64,000 nucleotides of DNA from Balanoglossus misakiensis (Eukaryota; Animalia; Hemichordata), in the NCBI GenBank assembly GCA_040954595.2, contig CM082592.2, positions 5,488,209-5,552,208 of the forward strand, given 5' to 3'. Shown here piece by piece: positions 34,901-49,000 of the stretch. The notes under the pieces are model-generated. The model was not told where the DNA came from, searched no databases, and worked only from the letters and a program-made list of their open reading frames with translations. The stretch's first letter is position 1. Each line of letters starts with the position of its first letter. Made by a program: the position numbers and the translations under genes.

Positions 34901-37900
34901 GCAGTCCACCTGATGTTACAGATCCTAGCTGCCATACATGTTAAGTGTCTTTTCTAAGAAATCTGAACCCTGTCTGGCCATCATTGTATTTAAGCCCCAA
35001 GAATCTTAGAGATCAAACTGTGAGCAGATTAGCCGGGGATAATCTCTCTGATTTCTTTCAGACTATACTCAGGTTTTCTGTCCAACTGGATATGACTGCA
35101 CATCTGAGCTTGTAGGGCGTATTTAAGTAGATGATCGGTCTGCTTTGTGAAGAATTAAACTTGCTATAAGCTTAAAAGGCACCCCAGGAGTGGATCTGTT
35201 GAGGTCACTTAAATTTAACAGTTAAATACTGCATTTGTCTGTGTGGGACCAAATTTGACGAAACTTAATCACAAATGTCAATGACATTTAACATATATAC
35301 ATGTACATGTAATGATGTGATATGGCCTACATTAGGAGTCAGGTAGGCGATGTATACCCGCGGTACTTGGAATTGAATGATGGAGAAATAATTGTGTCGT
35401 GCATTGCTTTCGGAAGCTGTGGGGATAGGGGATGTACTTGAAATGTAATGATGGAGAAAGATCTAGTCTCCATGAGCTGAGTCAGCTAGTAGTAGACGTG
35501 CTTGACGTTTAGCGATTGAGAAAGACTTAGTGGTTTGTCCTGTGCAAGTAGATGTGGATGTGTGGTTTTCTTTGCATCCACGTGTGAGTGTGGTCGTGAA
35601 CATGGTCTGGCACTGGTGAATTGCAGCCTGAGTGCCTTTCAGTCGCATCTTTAGCCCATTATACTTTGTTTAGTGATCTGGTTCAGTGCAGAAGTCAGCT
35701 GGTATGCTGGATCAGATACCAGTATATCTCATATGGCTTCAAAATAACCCTCTCACAAATAGAATTGGCTTTTCGCTTTGATGTGTACTGCCCAAGGGCA
35801 TGCTTGTTTGTGCGCTACATGTACAATGTAGTTTCAAATCACACCGAGATATAAGCGATTTTCCCCCTACAGTTAATATCACTTTGCTTTTCCAGGAAGT
35901 CAATCTTTCTTTAAATCGTCTGTAACATTATTGTGAATGCCTGTATCAGCTTTCTGCGAAGATTACAAAGGATACGCCAACATTGCCAAAATCGTTTTAT
36001 CTCCTCGTGGTAGTCGCATTGCGAATTATTGCTGGTATGGCTGTACATGTAAATAGAACCATGCACAAGTGAAACATATGCTGAAGCATTGTACTGGCAA
36101 AGCAAAACAAAATAACAGAACCAACACTTTAGAGCTGACAAACATAGCGTCATCGTGAAAGCAGGTGTTTTGTGATCAGAACCTGTTCAGCAATTCCTGG
36201 AGGTGGAAATTATAACCAACACACCATGTATGCGAACCCAGAAAATCTCATAATACTGGCTGCCCCTCTGCAGTCCACGCTTTCATGACATGAATACTTT
36301 ATCAGAATTTAGCTCCTATAAATAATCAACTGAGAATTCAGAACTGCATTAATCGGTTTTATCCGCGGGATGAAGTGAATTTGCAGTTGGTGAATTTGCA
36401 GATGGTGTCAAGGGACTGCAGTTTTCCCTGTGCACACTAGACGATTTTGTTATTTTGATTTTGTGGAATACAGTAGGGTAATAAATAATATTATAAGAAA
36501 ATCCTTGCTTTTGGGCAGAGCTTGTGTTTGCTTTCACATCTGCGGTAATGTTCAGTGATGACTATATACCCAAGTTCAGCTCATCAGCATTGCTAGTACG
36601 TCTATTGAAAAGTTTATTCCCCTGTTGGACGCATTTTATGCCAAAAGTTGAAACCATTTATTTATGTGGGTTCCATTAGGGAAAAGGAGCAATATGGTCA
36701 TGGTGATTAATCCTTCCATGATATTAATTTTATAGAACCAGTAAAATTGCTTTCTTATCCAGGCATTATTAATAATACCTGAAATCACCTTTTTTAGTTC
36801 AGCAAGACTTGCACATATGTGTGAGTAAAAGCGATGTACCTATTAAAGGACCTGTGAGTGTTATATTAGGGGCCTTCTCAAATGTGCCTGTATCTGTTTC
36901 AAATGGTTAGGGAAGGTGGTATTTGTTATTACATGTGAAGTTTGTATTCAAGGCAGTTGAATTTTCACCATTTTTTCCCCTCAATTTTGATACGGCCCCT
37001 GATAAGTATACATTCCACCCACTCAATGATACGCGGTATTAGCGCGCTTCAGAAAGCAGACTTTACGGCCCCGGCCACCTCTTGAGAAGTGACGACTTGC
37101 CCCGTTAGTTACCAATCAAGGAAATGTGAGTTTTTTCTTTTCATTATGTTCACTTGTTCGCAGCGTGCAGGCGGACTCTTCCCCTTAGCCCGCACAGCTG
37201 AAGCGAGTTATTGCGCTGCCGCGATCATCCAACACCGTGCGTCTCCCCAAATCTAGGCACTCATGACGTTCGTCTTTGTACAATCGAATCTGCTCTCTTT
37301 TGATGATGTCATCCAAGAGATGCTGCTGCCAGACCCTTTGACATTTGTAAGATTCGAGATTCACTCTGTAATGTCGCTGCGGGTATGGAAATGGTTAAAA
37401 AAACAACGAATTTACTTGATTTCTGAGAAACGGCGGTGTCTAAATTAGCATTGAACCTCTCTGCGCTTTATACAAACTGTTCAAAGAATATATGCAGAGA
37501 TAATCCAGGTCTTTGGACATCACTGTTCCTAACTTTGAAAAATGGGTCGGACATGAAGCACCCAACCACCTGGCGATATGTCATTGATATGCATACTGAA
37601 CTTGCTCTTCATGGACATCTATAGCAGCTTGCCAGTGGCCAGACTTTCCCCACAACCTGTATCAGTACACGCTGTTAATCTCCTAGGCCACTCGGGGGAC
37701 GCCTGCATCATCACACCCGAAGCAGTGCATCTGCAAATGTCAGTGCTACAGGTGGCAGTTATTCAAAGACAAATCGTCAGTTGTTTGGGCAAGTGCCAAT
37801 TTGCATTTTTATCACATGCAGTGAGCAGCTCATTCTGAGTACAGATCTCTGGACAATTTTAATAATCCCCAGATGTTCACCAGAATGTAAGTGAGCTAGA

Positions 37901-40047
37901 GTACCTGCCCTATTAAAGGTGCCTGATTGCTCATACGTTTTGTCGAAAAATAAGGTTCTTGGAAAACCACATTTTATCTGTACGTGGACCCAGACACCCT
38001 ATCACACAGCTTGTGATACAATATGAAATTGTGTCATGTTTTATTTACACCGGTTTCTTAGAACCATGCATTGTGTTGCAGTGCATTGTAACGTCACACG
38101 AACATTTAAATAGAAATCATCAGCGTTCAAGCCTAACCATAGAAACGATTTTCAAATTTTCAAATATTGATTGGGTTTTCTCAAGTGGAAACCATGCTGT
38201 GCACATGCGATCATGCTTGCATCTATAGTTGTATTAAAAGAATTATATCGAAGGATTTGATTAATTGGTTGCTATCGCATTCTATATGCACAGTGCTACA
38301 CATGTAAAATGTTGGTGTTCTGTTTTAAATGGATATTCAGCTTTTAGTATTTTGGAAACGTAAAAAATCCAAACAATGGCAGAATGTGGTGTTTTGACTC
38401 TCTGAAAGAGGCTTTTGTTGGATCACTTGCCAACCTATTGGATCTAGGTAATTATCTGAGTGTGAATCACCCTCGTAATGTCACATGTTTTGAACTCTTT
38501 TGTCATTAAAGATTGAAAAACACATCCTGCACAAGGTGGCATATCTTGAAAGCGTTCTCCCACCTTCCTTCCTGCTTCCTTCCGTGACATATTCCCACCT
38601 GGCATTCACAGATATTGTGAAGTGGTTGCGAATGGATGACTTGGTTTTACACGCATTCAAAGTCAAGTAGCCGTAGCTCACCAAAGTGTGTTTTTATCGC
38701 TCCAAAAATTTAGCCAATTAAGTCTTCCAAATGAGGAGAAGCAGTTTCCCCCAGTTGGTTGCTTGGCAACAGTGGCGGCCATATTTGTCAAGGTTAAGCC
38801 ACCCATAGATGAAGGTGGCTTAATATCATGGCTGATCAGCTTCCTAATTATAATTGCAAAGATATTTTTTTCTTATCAGTTTTGCAATTGATTAATGTTT
38901 AACAGCCTCTGCTTTGTGCCATGACAACCAATGAACCACGCATATATGAAATTAAAAATAGCAGAGTATATTTTATTGTTCATTCGCTTCTTTTCAAAGA
39001 ACAAGTGAAGTGCAAGTTGTTTTGGATTTGTAGCATCATGAATGCGAGGTTTGCATTTTGCCAGACAATCACGTAGTAAGTGTTTTATAAAAAAGGAGCA
39101 AAATGATTGTACCCAGTACCTTGCAAGCGAGGCTGACTACTGCTTTGTATTTAAAGAGTAAACACAATTCACAAGTGTCCGTACATTTCTGGCCTCAGTT
39201 GTTCATTAGATGACAGTATTAATCAGACTGACCGTGTGGGGTACCCCTATTTTCTTCAGCCACGCGCTACATCGTGTAATTTGCATATATATTAGCATAT
39301 ATGCAGATAGGCTGACTCGTTTCTGCGTGACACGTCTCATTTGCCAGTGTGTCTTGACTACAGATGGATGCACTTCTAAGTGCCGATGTATTGAGTAACT
39401 ACAATGTTGTGGATATAGTCAGCACTTTTGTCAGTGTAACCTTTTTTCTCTGAAAATGTTATCCTCTGCCTTCTTTAGTCTATCTTATTTATTTTTGAAA
39501 ACAGGGAGGATGATGCTGGTACATGTAGTGAAATGAATGTATTGTTTTAGTAGAGTCGTAATGTACCATATACGTTTGACACATATAGTGACAGACAGGG
39601 CAGCAATACCTTGTCTGGATCTGCACCACGCATTTGTACGTGATATTTCTGGTTTGTCCGTGCACTGCCTCGTCTCAGATATCAATTGCGCAGGAACAAT
39701 TACCAGCGTTTGTTTGAATTTAAGTTCGTTACCATGGAAGTTCTGACGGGGGGATAATTACGCCTAATACGGTCGGATGCAGAGAGCGTTGGCTGCAATG
39801 ACTCCCAGATTGATGTTGATAGTGAGACACTTATCGCTTTGATCTTCTTTAATTTCTTTTCAGTGCGGCTGTGGAGCTCACAGCGGATGCTGCCGGGAAG
39901 CAAGTGACGGTCGGAGGGCTGGGCTGGGCTCTTGCCATCATTCCCTGTGTGTGTGACTGAGGCTGACAATCGCGGTTGTGTATAATCTTCGCAGAAGAAC
40001 CTACAGTATTTATTTATTTATTTATGTTAGCTTTCAAAGTGGCAACA

Positions 40048-43000
40048 ATGGCACACCGTGGTCGCTATAGCAACATGCGCTTCGCCGTTTTCCTGGTGGC
40101 CCTCTTCGTCTTCATCGTGTACCTGCACAACGGCGGCTGGCCGTGCGGCAACTCGTACAAGGTGCCCGAGTACCGGGGCAAGATGGTGCCCAAGAGCGAG
40201 GGGGTGACGGCCCGGCGGGGGGACGAGACCTACTACTACCACAAGGACATGCCGCTCATCTTCATCGGCGGGGTGCCCCGGAGCGGCACCACGCTGATGC
40301 GGGCGATGGTGGACGCGCACGACGACGTGCGGTGCGGGGAGGAGACCCGGCTGGTGCCGCGGCTGCTCGGGATGCGGCAGTCGTGGAAGCGCTCGCAGAA
40401 GGAGTGGAACCGCCTCAAGGAGGCCGGCCTGACGGACTCGGTGATCAACGACGCCCTGTCGGCCTTCATCCTGGAGGTCATCGCCAAGCACGGGGAGCCG
40501 GCGCCCCGCCTCTGCAACAAGGACCCGTTCACCTTGAAGTCCATGACGTACCTGCGGGAGCTGTTCCCCAGCGCCAAGTACATTCTGATGATCCGCGACG
40601 GGCGCGCCACCGTGCACTCGATCATCTCGCGGAAAGTCACCATCTCAGGGTTCGACATCACGAACTACCGCGACTGCCTGCAGAAGTGGAACCTGGCCAT
40701 CGAGAACATGTACGGCCAGTGCATGCAGGTGGGCCCCAAGTACTGCATGCCCGTGTACTACGAACAGTTGGTCCTGCACCCGGAGTCGCAGATGAGAAAA
40801 ATCACCGATTTCTTGGACCTGCCGTGGGACGAGAAGGTCTTGCACCACGAGGAGGCCATTGGAAAACCTGGAGGGATTTCTCTTTCAAAGTAAGTAACTG
40901 TGGGGTAACGTAGCAGTGCTTGACATGCAGCAGACGACATGTCTGTAGTTTCAGAAAGTTGATGATATGTAGGATGGGCGAAATTATGGTTATCAAAGCT
41001 ATGCACTTTATAAGAGATTTCTTGGTTTAGAATGACCGATAGTGGAAGTTGATATGTCAATTAACTCTTATGTGTTGTTAATAACTTGTCTTGCGTTTCT
41101 GTTAACATACTTTAAAAAGTGAATGTTACATACATGTACTTCAGTTGTGTGAGCAGTGACAGGTTTATCATTTTATGGTAATTTAATATGTCTGCTGTGG
41201 TCAACTATTGCAAGAGACTGATGGCTTTCAAACGATCTGATATCTTTAGTAGTGTAAAGCTCAGATGTTGTCTACAGAGGATTCCAGCATCTGTCTGGCC
41301 CCATCAAGCCTTCGTTTTTCAGAATCACTCGAGTTGATTTTGAACAGACGCAAAGGCATAGTGTGCAGCGGTGTTTGGTTTACGGACGAGGTTCTTTTCA
41401 ACACGGTCCGATCGCAAGCACCATTGGACACATGGGACTGGCTTGGGAATAGCTATAACTGAAGACATGCAAGGACCAGTCACAACTTCAGTTGATTCTC
41501 TAATGAAAAAAATTGGAAAGGAACCAATCAGAGATCTCCTTATATTGAAAACATATCTCAGTGTGTTCTGAAGTCAGTTTTGATTTGATAGCGTCTCATC
41601 ACTGATTCTCATATCAGGTTTAATTTAGTCAGATGCCTTCGTGAGACTAACAATTCATTGAGCCTTACTTTGAGTGGGTCCACCATTTATTTTGATGGAT
41701 GCATTAGCCACAGACTCTTAGATGAAAGAAGCTCTGATCTGAGTTCTCTTTTATTCTTTTCATCTGTTGGCCCCGGGGAGATGGGTATATGTTCTCTGTG
41801 TGTTGCATTTGTGTTTGTGTGTGTCTTAGAAAAGTGGTGGGCTTCTACATCGTCTGCTTCACTGGGACAAAACTGTTCTGGTGGAAATCTTGCTGCGAAG
41901 AAGGGAAGAGTTATGGGTTTCACTCGCTTGAGTCTACATTACAGAAGGAGTCGTCGCATGTTGAAAAACAGCAAGCAGCACTATTGCAAATTCTTGCTGA
42001 GGGCATTCTGCGAGCAGACAAAAAGAGTCTGTCAGTGATGTACCGTGAATCTTACATGTAGAAGTGTGTCTTTATTTTATTTTCATTCTCGGGGCGATTT
42101 GTGACAAAGTGTAATGGGCTCAACACTGATATGTACAGTAGCCTGCGAGTACACTACAGTGCATGGAGTTATATACAAATCCATGAGTGGATGAATGCCC
42201 CAAATGAATCAATGCACTGTCAGACTTAGCTGAAAAAAAAATTAGGTTTGTTAATACCACAGTCATGCTTTCTATTTCCCTTTTGGCGTATTCAGCCAAC
42301 TGGGAGTCACTGCCAGAAGTCAATATAGTGCGTTCATATGCAATAAAAATAGTTGCAAGCTAGTACATGTATGATGTATAGAACCGCTTACAAACCAAAA
42401 TATCCTTGTAAAAATGCTGTTCTATGGCTGAACTGAAATGTAAACAGGATATTTGCTTTTAAAAATACAACAGCAGACTATAGAAATATATATTTTATGA
42501 CGCATACAATCTGCAATTGAAATTGCTCAAAAACCAACAGTACATTGTGTATCGCTATAAATTTAACTGCACGTACAACCATGTATGCCAATTGGCAAGC
42601 CGAAGAAATTTCATGTACTTATGCACAGCTTGGCTCTCCTTCTCTTCAGAAGATCATGTCCCTCAGGAACTATTTACTCGTGGGTAGAACTTTGTAACCT
42701 CTCCCAATGTCAACACTTTTAAAAGACCCGCAAACACACGCATCTTTCAGAGAGCCTTTTTTGTTTTCTGTGTAACTCCAAATGCAATGGTGATGTTTAA
42801 CTTTGGATGTTTGACTCTGTTATAAGTTGGTTAGATCGACATGTAGATAGAGAGAGAGTCAGTCTGTCTGTCCTTGTCGTTGTGTACTGATCTGTGACCA
42901 TGAGAAATCTTGTTTAAGCCTCTTAAGATTTAGTTCTCCCTGAACCAGGACAGTGTACATGTATTTCTTGTGTGATTCAGAAAGCTTTTTAAGTGGAAAC

Positions 43001-46000
43001 CACCGCGATCTTATTATGATAGAAGCCATGATATCGAAAATGGGATTTAGTCCAAGGTATGCTTAATAGCAGGGATGAAGAGATCAGCGATATGTACGAG
43101 AGGTAATTTTCTTGGTGATGGAGTGGATTATAAGCGATTAATGTTGTACTCTATTATGTCAACGCTAAGATTACACTGCACACAGATCGGCAAGCCTGTG
43201 GCAGAGTTCAAAGAAGCACATATTTTCTGAATTTATTACAGTGCGTGAACGTCAGAATGGATGTGCACGGAATTTTAATTTTAATCTGCTCTGTAGCTGT
43301 GTTGGATAATTACCTTGCGTGGAAAAAACGAGGCAGTCATGTTTAGTTAATAATTTTTAACCTATCACCCCCCACTTCCCTGTATATGGCGCCATTCGTA
43401 CCACTGAACACAATAGGATCGTACCAAACGTGGGAAATAGAGGTGAGGAGGGATAAACAGCAAGGGATATTATAATGTAATTAAGATTCTAGTATTACCG
43501 TGAAGATCCGCGAAGACCTAATCGTGTAAAATACACAGGGTAGTATGGATGGCTGGGCAGATGCTTTTGATGGATTTGATGAATTTCGCTTTTGTATTTT
43601 AGCTTGACGCGTGTTATACAGAGAGTTTGCTATTAGTGACCCAGAGATGCATGACTGTTTTGGACTTTGATAGATTAAGATTATTTTTGATGGTTTGGAT
43701 GAGTTGTCAAGCATGTCAATAAACACTGGCAGTGTAGGATTATTGTAAGAACCCGACGGGAAAATGAAAACTTGCTGTACTGTTATTCCCATGGCTGTTG
43801 CATATCCTTAGTAGTAAATCAGCTGTTTGAAGTCGCGTCACACGTTTGGTGTGACTATGGATAGATTAATGTGCAAAAAGGTGAAGTAAAGAAAAACGCA
43901 AAGCAAACAGGCAGTTTGATATGTGGACAAAAGTCTTAACAGCAATGGCCCTAGAATGTAATTTCCAATCGTATGTAAAGAAATGCTCTAAACATTACTA
44001 CAAGTTATTGAATCATGAATTGTAACACACACAAATCATACTACCCCCAGTTCTTCAGTGTAATTGTAGGGAATAACGGTATGTTGCTCAATTGAAACAT
44101 GACCAAACGTGTATGCCATGAAATTGTTTGTCAATCAGTATTTTATTTCTCAATTGTCAAACAATTTTAATAAAAAGCTGTACCAGTAAAATGGACAGTG
44201 ATTGTAACTTTTGACAGTTTTACAATATTTTGTTCATTAATCAACGACAAGTTGTGACATGATGAAACATCTTTATACATGTACAGCTTATATTTATCGA
44301 TAATGTGAGTTTCATGTTAAAATCAAAGTCATGTAAGGTCACAATTTTTGTCAGTTGGACATTGATATCAACATTCGGAGAAAGCTATTCCATCCATCCG
44401 TATTACATGTATTTGTATTGTAAATTCTAATTCATGAGTTGACTAAATAAATCTGTCACCAAATATTACAGATGCCAGTGGACATATTTACGACAAACTT
44501 GGCATTGTACTGTGTGTCTTCATATTTTATGAAAACAATCGCACACAAATATCTTTCTATCCATGCTTTGACGATGTCTCACATATCTTCTGTGTTTTAG
44601 TTTTGTGTATACTTCTCTATTGTCTAGATACTTGATCGTGCAAGCATTTGATAAAGGCAGTGATTTTTCGATTCTGGACCGATAAGACTTTTTATTGATG
44701 TGTAGAAGTAGACCTTTGATATTGGCTCCATCAGACTTTCTTGACATAGAGATGACGGCAGCTGCACTAATGCACTTGAAATCCACAAAAGCTAAAACTA
44801 GAGAACGTTCAATATCCCAGTCTGTCATATGGACAATCGATAAATGCAAGGATTGGTTTTCCATTTGTGGATCTCAGATGCGTAGGTGCCGTTTCCATCA
44901 GACAGGTGTCTTTTCCCGTAATGCGTGTAGGTGCATACGGAATGTCAAAAATGAGTGTAGGATAATGTCAAAAATGAGTGTAGGATCTCATTCGGAAAAG
45001 GGCAAACAGAGACCGTATTTGACTTGCATGGGTTTGTCCCGAGTTCTTCGACACAATTTCCTTGAAATGATTGCTGAGGATATTGTCACAAAACAAGCAA
45101 GCCGTTTTAATATTTTGCCCGGAAGACAGTTGATTATTTTCGAAGGATGTTGTTGAGAAATTGGTGACCAGAATAATGAAACCAGTGGGATTGACTGCTT
45201 ATTAAATATGCACTGGTTGTGTGCACTGTGCAAATCGCTTGCAAAGGATTTACAACAGTTCTTTATTTCAATCTCTGACGATTTTTTACCTGCAACCCTG
45301 TTGCAAAGAACCTTTTAGCATTATTTTCTTGATTTTACACTAAAGGGAACATACATAAGTAAATAAGTAAAAAGGTAGTTGCAACTCAAATAAAACCCGG
45401 CTCCAGCCAATCAGCGAGCTGGATTCAGACCACGCATATTATAATATAGAATCTTGTCATTCAGGATGCAATTTTGCAAACACTTTAGCGGTGACAGATT
45501 TTGACAGCAGCCATCACAGCAATTAGTGTATGTATGAACGAGTCATCTGATATCCAATTGGAATTCAACACTCTTTTATTGACATGACCGAGACCTGGCT
45601 AACAACTGACTGTTAGCGTACTATTGTCACAAGGAAATTCGGCTTGACCTACACTGACCCTCAGTTAGTTTAGGTAATTACCGCCACTGGGGTGTATTGA
45701 CGTATTAGTTATTACAGAAAGAGGCTTTTTTGAACGATGGATTCTTTCAAATCTGACGAAAGGCTGCAGTTAGTGTTGACTGAATTCTTTGACTAAACCT
45801 ACATAGGGCAAAACAGCCTACTGGGATGTTCTTTCTGAATGGGTTCTAACTGAACAAAAAAATGTACATGCATACATTGAAATTGTGTTGAAAAGTGCTC
45901 TGTAAGGCATATACATTTGGAAGTACAATGACATCATTTATATATGTCTACTGATTTCTATAGTAGTAAAATTATGAGACTGGCTTCTATAAATAGTAAA

Positions 46001-49000
46001 ATAAATGCAGATAGCTTGTATCAGCTGACTTCTATAGTTCAGGAAATCATTTATATTTGTCTACAGAATTTTATAAAATTATTGTTTGATTGATATTGGC
46101 ATCAATCCCACACCAGATCATTACCTCAGTCTCTGTTCTATCTGCACATCGATGACTACAGGAGTAAATGACAGATAACAAGGAGTTGAAATTGGTGATA
46201 GAGCAAAGCTATGGATTGGATATGCGTGGGAGGATAGGTTGCACGCACTCTGAGAAATGTTACACCAGAAAAAAGGCAAAAGTATATATACACACAGCTG
46301 GTAGTTTACACCAACCACCTGCTCTTCTGTGCATCCACACCACTGAGTTTGGATATTCTGGGTTGTTTTCTATATGTGTGTGACGTTCTGAGACAAATGC
46401 CTCTCTAATTAGTGTTGTCTGTGTAATTAGTCAGTAGGGAAAGGCTGGAACGTGCTCAACATTCTAAATCCTCTAAGCCGCTACAGGAAATAACATGTTT
46501 TTATTCAGGTTTACCCCGAAGTGCCACTGCTAGTGACCTGCAGGCTTTAATAGGACCTCAGGATTTACTACCTTTCATACTGTGCTATCCTATTAGTAGT
46601 AAAAAAAAACCCTGGTTAATTGCTCGGCTCTGAATGTGAGTGCAGGGCTGTTGAATCCCCAACTATAGTCCTGCTTTATCAAGTCACTGCACTCTTCATA
46701 CATGAAGGAAATCGCAGCCTATGGCTATGTATCGTCCCACTCTAAAATATAGTCTTTTTCTTTGTAGTAATTCAATGTTGTGTAACTGTTTCGTACAACT
46801 CTTTAAGTCAGGCTCATGCGATCATACCCATACTGCTTTGACCCCAAGAATCTGGCTTTAATAGTTGTGCAAAAGATTAACTGGTACATACATCAGAAAA
46901 CACCATCACATGATTCGCAGAGATTATTTGATAGTTGTCAAAAATTCTATGCCACAGAGCTCTCTAAATTTGGAACAGCAACTTCATCAATGATTGGTAA
47001 TGGGATCAGTGATTGGCTAATGGTGGAAATAGTATTACGGTATAGTGTTGCCAATTTTGTAAATGATCCAGACTGCCTACTGGGTTTTGATCTGATCTTA
47101 GCATTTTGCATCTGAAATTTTTCACGACTGAAATTTTTCATGATCCATTGCAATGACGTAGTTATGTCTTTCATTGGATATTTTATTTCAGAGTAGCTGA
47201 AACAGTAACCCTTTTTCAATTCTTGAGAGACTGTGATTTTGATTTTCAATAGTTATTGTATACCGCTCATTTTAGTAAGATGCAGGGATAGTATGCATAG
47301 TCGCCCAATGTGCCAATTTCATATTATCTAGACAGCTCAGATGAAATTGATGAAATGGATTTAGGGCACCCTCCCCATGGTCGTTTTTTTCACTTGTGGG
47401 GTTTACGTTTCATCAAAGATGGAATTGATAATTGAAAAATCATGAGAGATGGATTTCTGTGCGAATTGTTTGCATACACTAGGTATCCATCTCTGTCAGA
47501 AATGTTCATTGCAAATGTTCATTTCATCTAGATGAGATGTGCATGTCAGCCAGTCAAATGTCAGTTACAATCAATCATAGAAAGTCACTATAGCAAGGTG
47601 ACTAACGGTGCAAGTTGCTGTCTCGTGGTCAACGCGATTACTAAATTGATTTAATGTTGCCATAGATACTCTCGGTAATCGTCCTGTGATGAGTTTGGAT
47701 GTTTGAAAGCTGAAATTATTTTTGGCTCCTCTATCTTACGAGATCAATCTGCCATGAAAGATGTGATTTGATTGAAGTGCGATAAGTCGTGTGGTCCATT
47801 TTATGAATCCTTGCTGGAGAAATGTCGCGTACCGATCGCATGATTCGTTTTAATAGGCAGAAGCTGATTATGTTGAGGTTTCTCTGTCATTCACTTGTGA
47901 ATAGCTGCTGAAAATCATCAAGATCATCCCAATGTCACTAGAATTGCCTCTGCTCCTTGAAAAAAAAATTGTTGTCATGGGCGACAATCTGGATGACTTC
48001 ACACTCACAGTGAATGTTCATAAAAAAAGACTCAGTGCTGTATCACATGCACAGAAGCTGGTAAAATGGAAAGTCAAGGGCATTGCACACCATCATGGGA
48101 TTATATTTCCTGTGCAAATTGATGCATAATGCTTCTTTATTACTGGTCTGTAACATTTATGACCTCATTATGAGCTATTCTCAGCTGCCGGTTTCAATTT
48201 CTGCGGGTACATGTGCTGTAGTTGTAAGTGATCTATTTCAGATACACGTGTTGTCGAAATTAGTGGTACTGTATATGTCACTGTGTACTTGGCAGTTCAG
48301 AATTAGCCCTGATTGTCAGTGCATGAAATCCAGATTGGTTGCTGTGTCAGAGAGAAGTGCGGGTCTGTGCTTGGGTGTCCGTCAGGGGTAGATCTGTATA
48401 AGTTCAAAAGTGGACAAAAAATGTTTTCAAAGTATTAAGAAGGCTCATCGTACAAGGGAGGAAATCCTCACCTGGTCACCGTTGTTGTGCGACGGGGCAA
48501 GTCAGTGCTGGCCACTCCATGAATTTGCGAGAGTGCCAAATCAATACAGTGTTGCAAACTGAATATCTGAACAAACCCTGTGCCTTGCACAGACTCACTG
48601 CTGTGAATGACACCTACCGTAGTAGATGCTTTCGACATGAAAAAAATTATCTCCTGAATCCATTATTACCTGTGATATGGTATTGCTTTCTTTAATTTAT
48701 TGCCTACGTGTACGTGTAACGGCCTTTTGAGATGATTATGTGATTTGTTCTATAGTTGACACACAGTAATGAGTGAGTTGACATGAATGTACGGACCTGT
48801 AACTGGTTTACTCCACTCCCAATCAAGCTACATGTTCCACTCACCGAATCAAGCTAGTAAACTGTTTCAATTTTGGCGTGGAATTGGGTTAGTGTAACTG
48901 AAATTACTTTAATTGTGGGTGCAACTTGCACATCATTTGATTCACTTTACGTACAGACAGATAGCTGGTGACGTCTCACTCATGTTCTCATGCTGCATGC

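Noticed and set aside
40027-40913. Long overlapping and antisense ORFs (196, 256, 141 aa) over TPST exon 2
   Set aside because: Expected shadow ORFs of a GC3-rich coding exon with few stops in other frames; no recognisable domains.
46610-46745. Possible tRNA or tRNA-derived SINE (GTTGAATCCC box-B-like)
   Set aside because: No convincing box A or cloverleaf; too degenerate to call.
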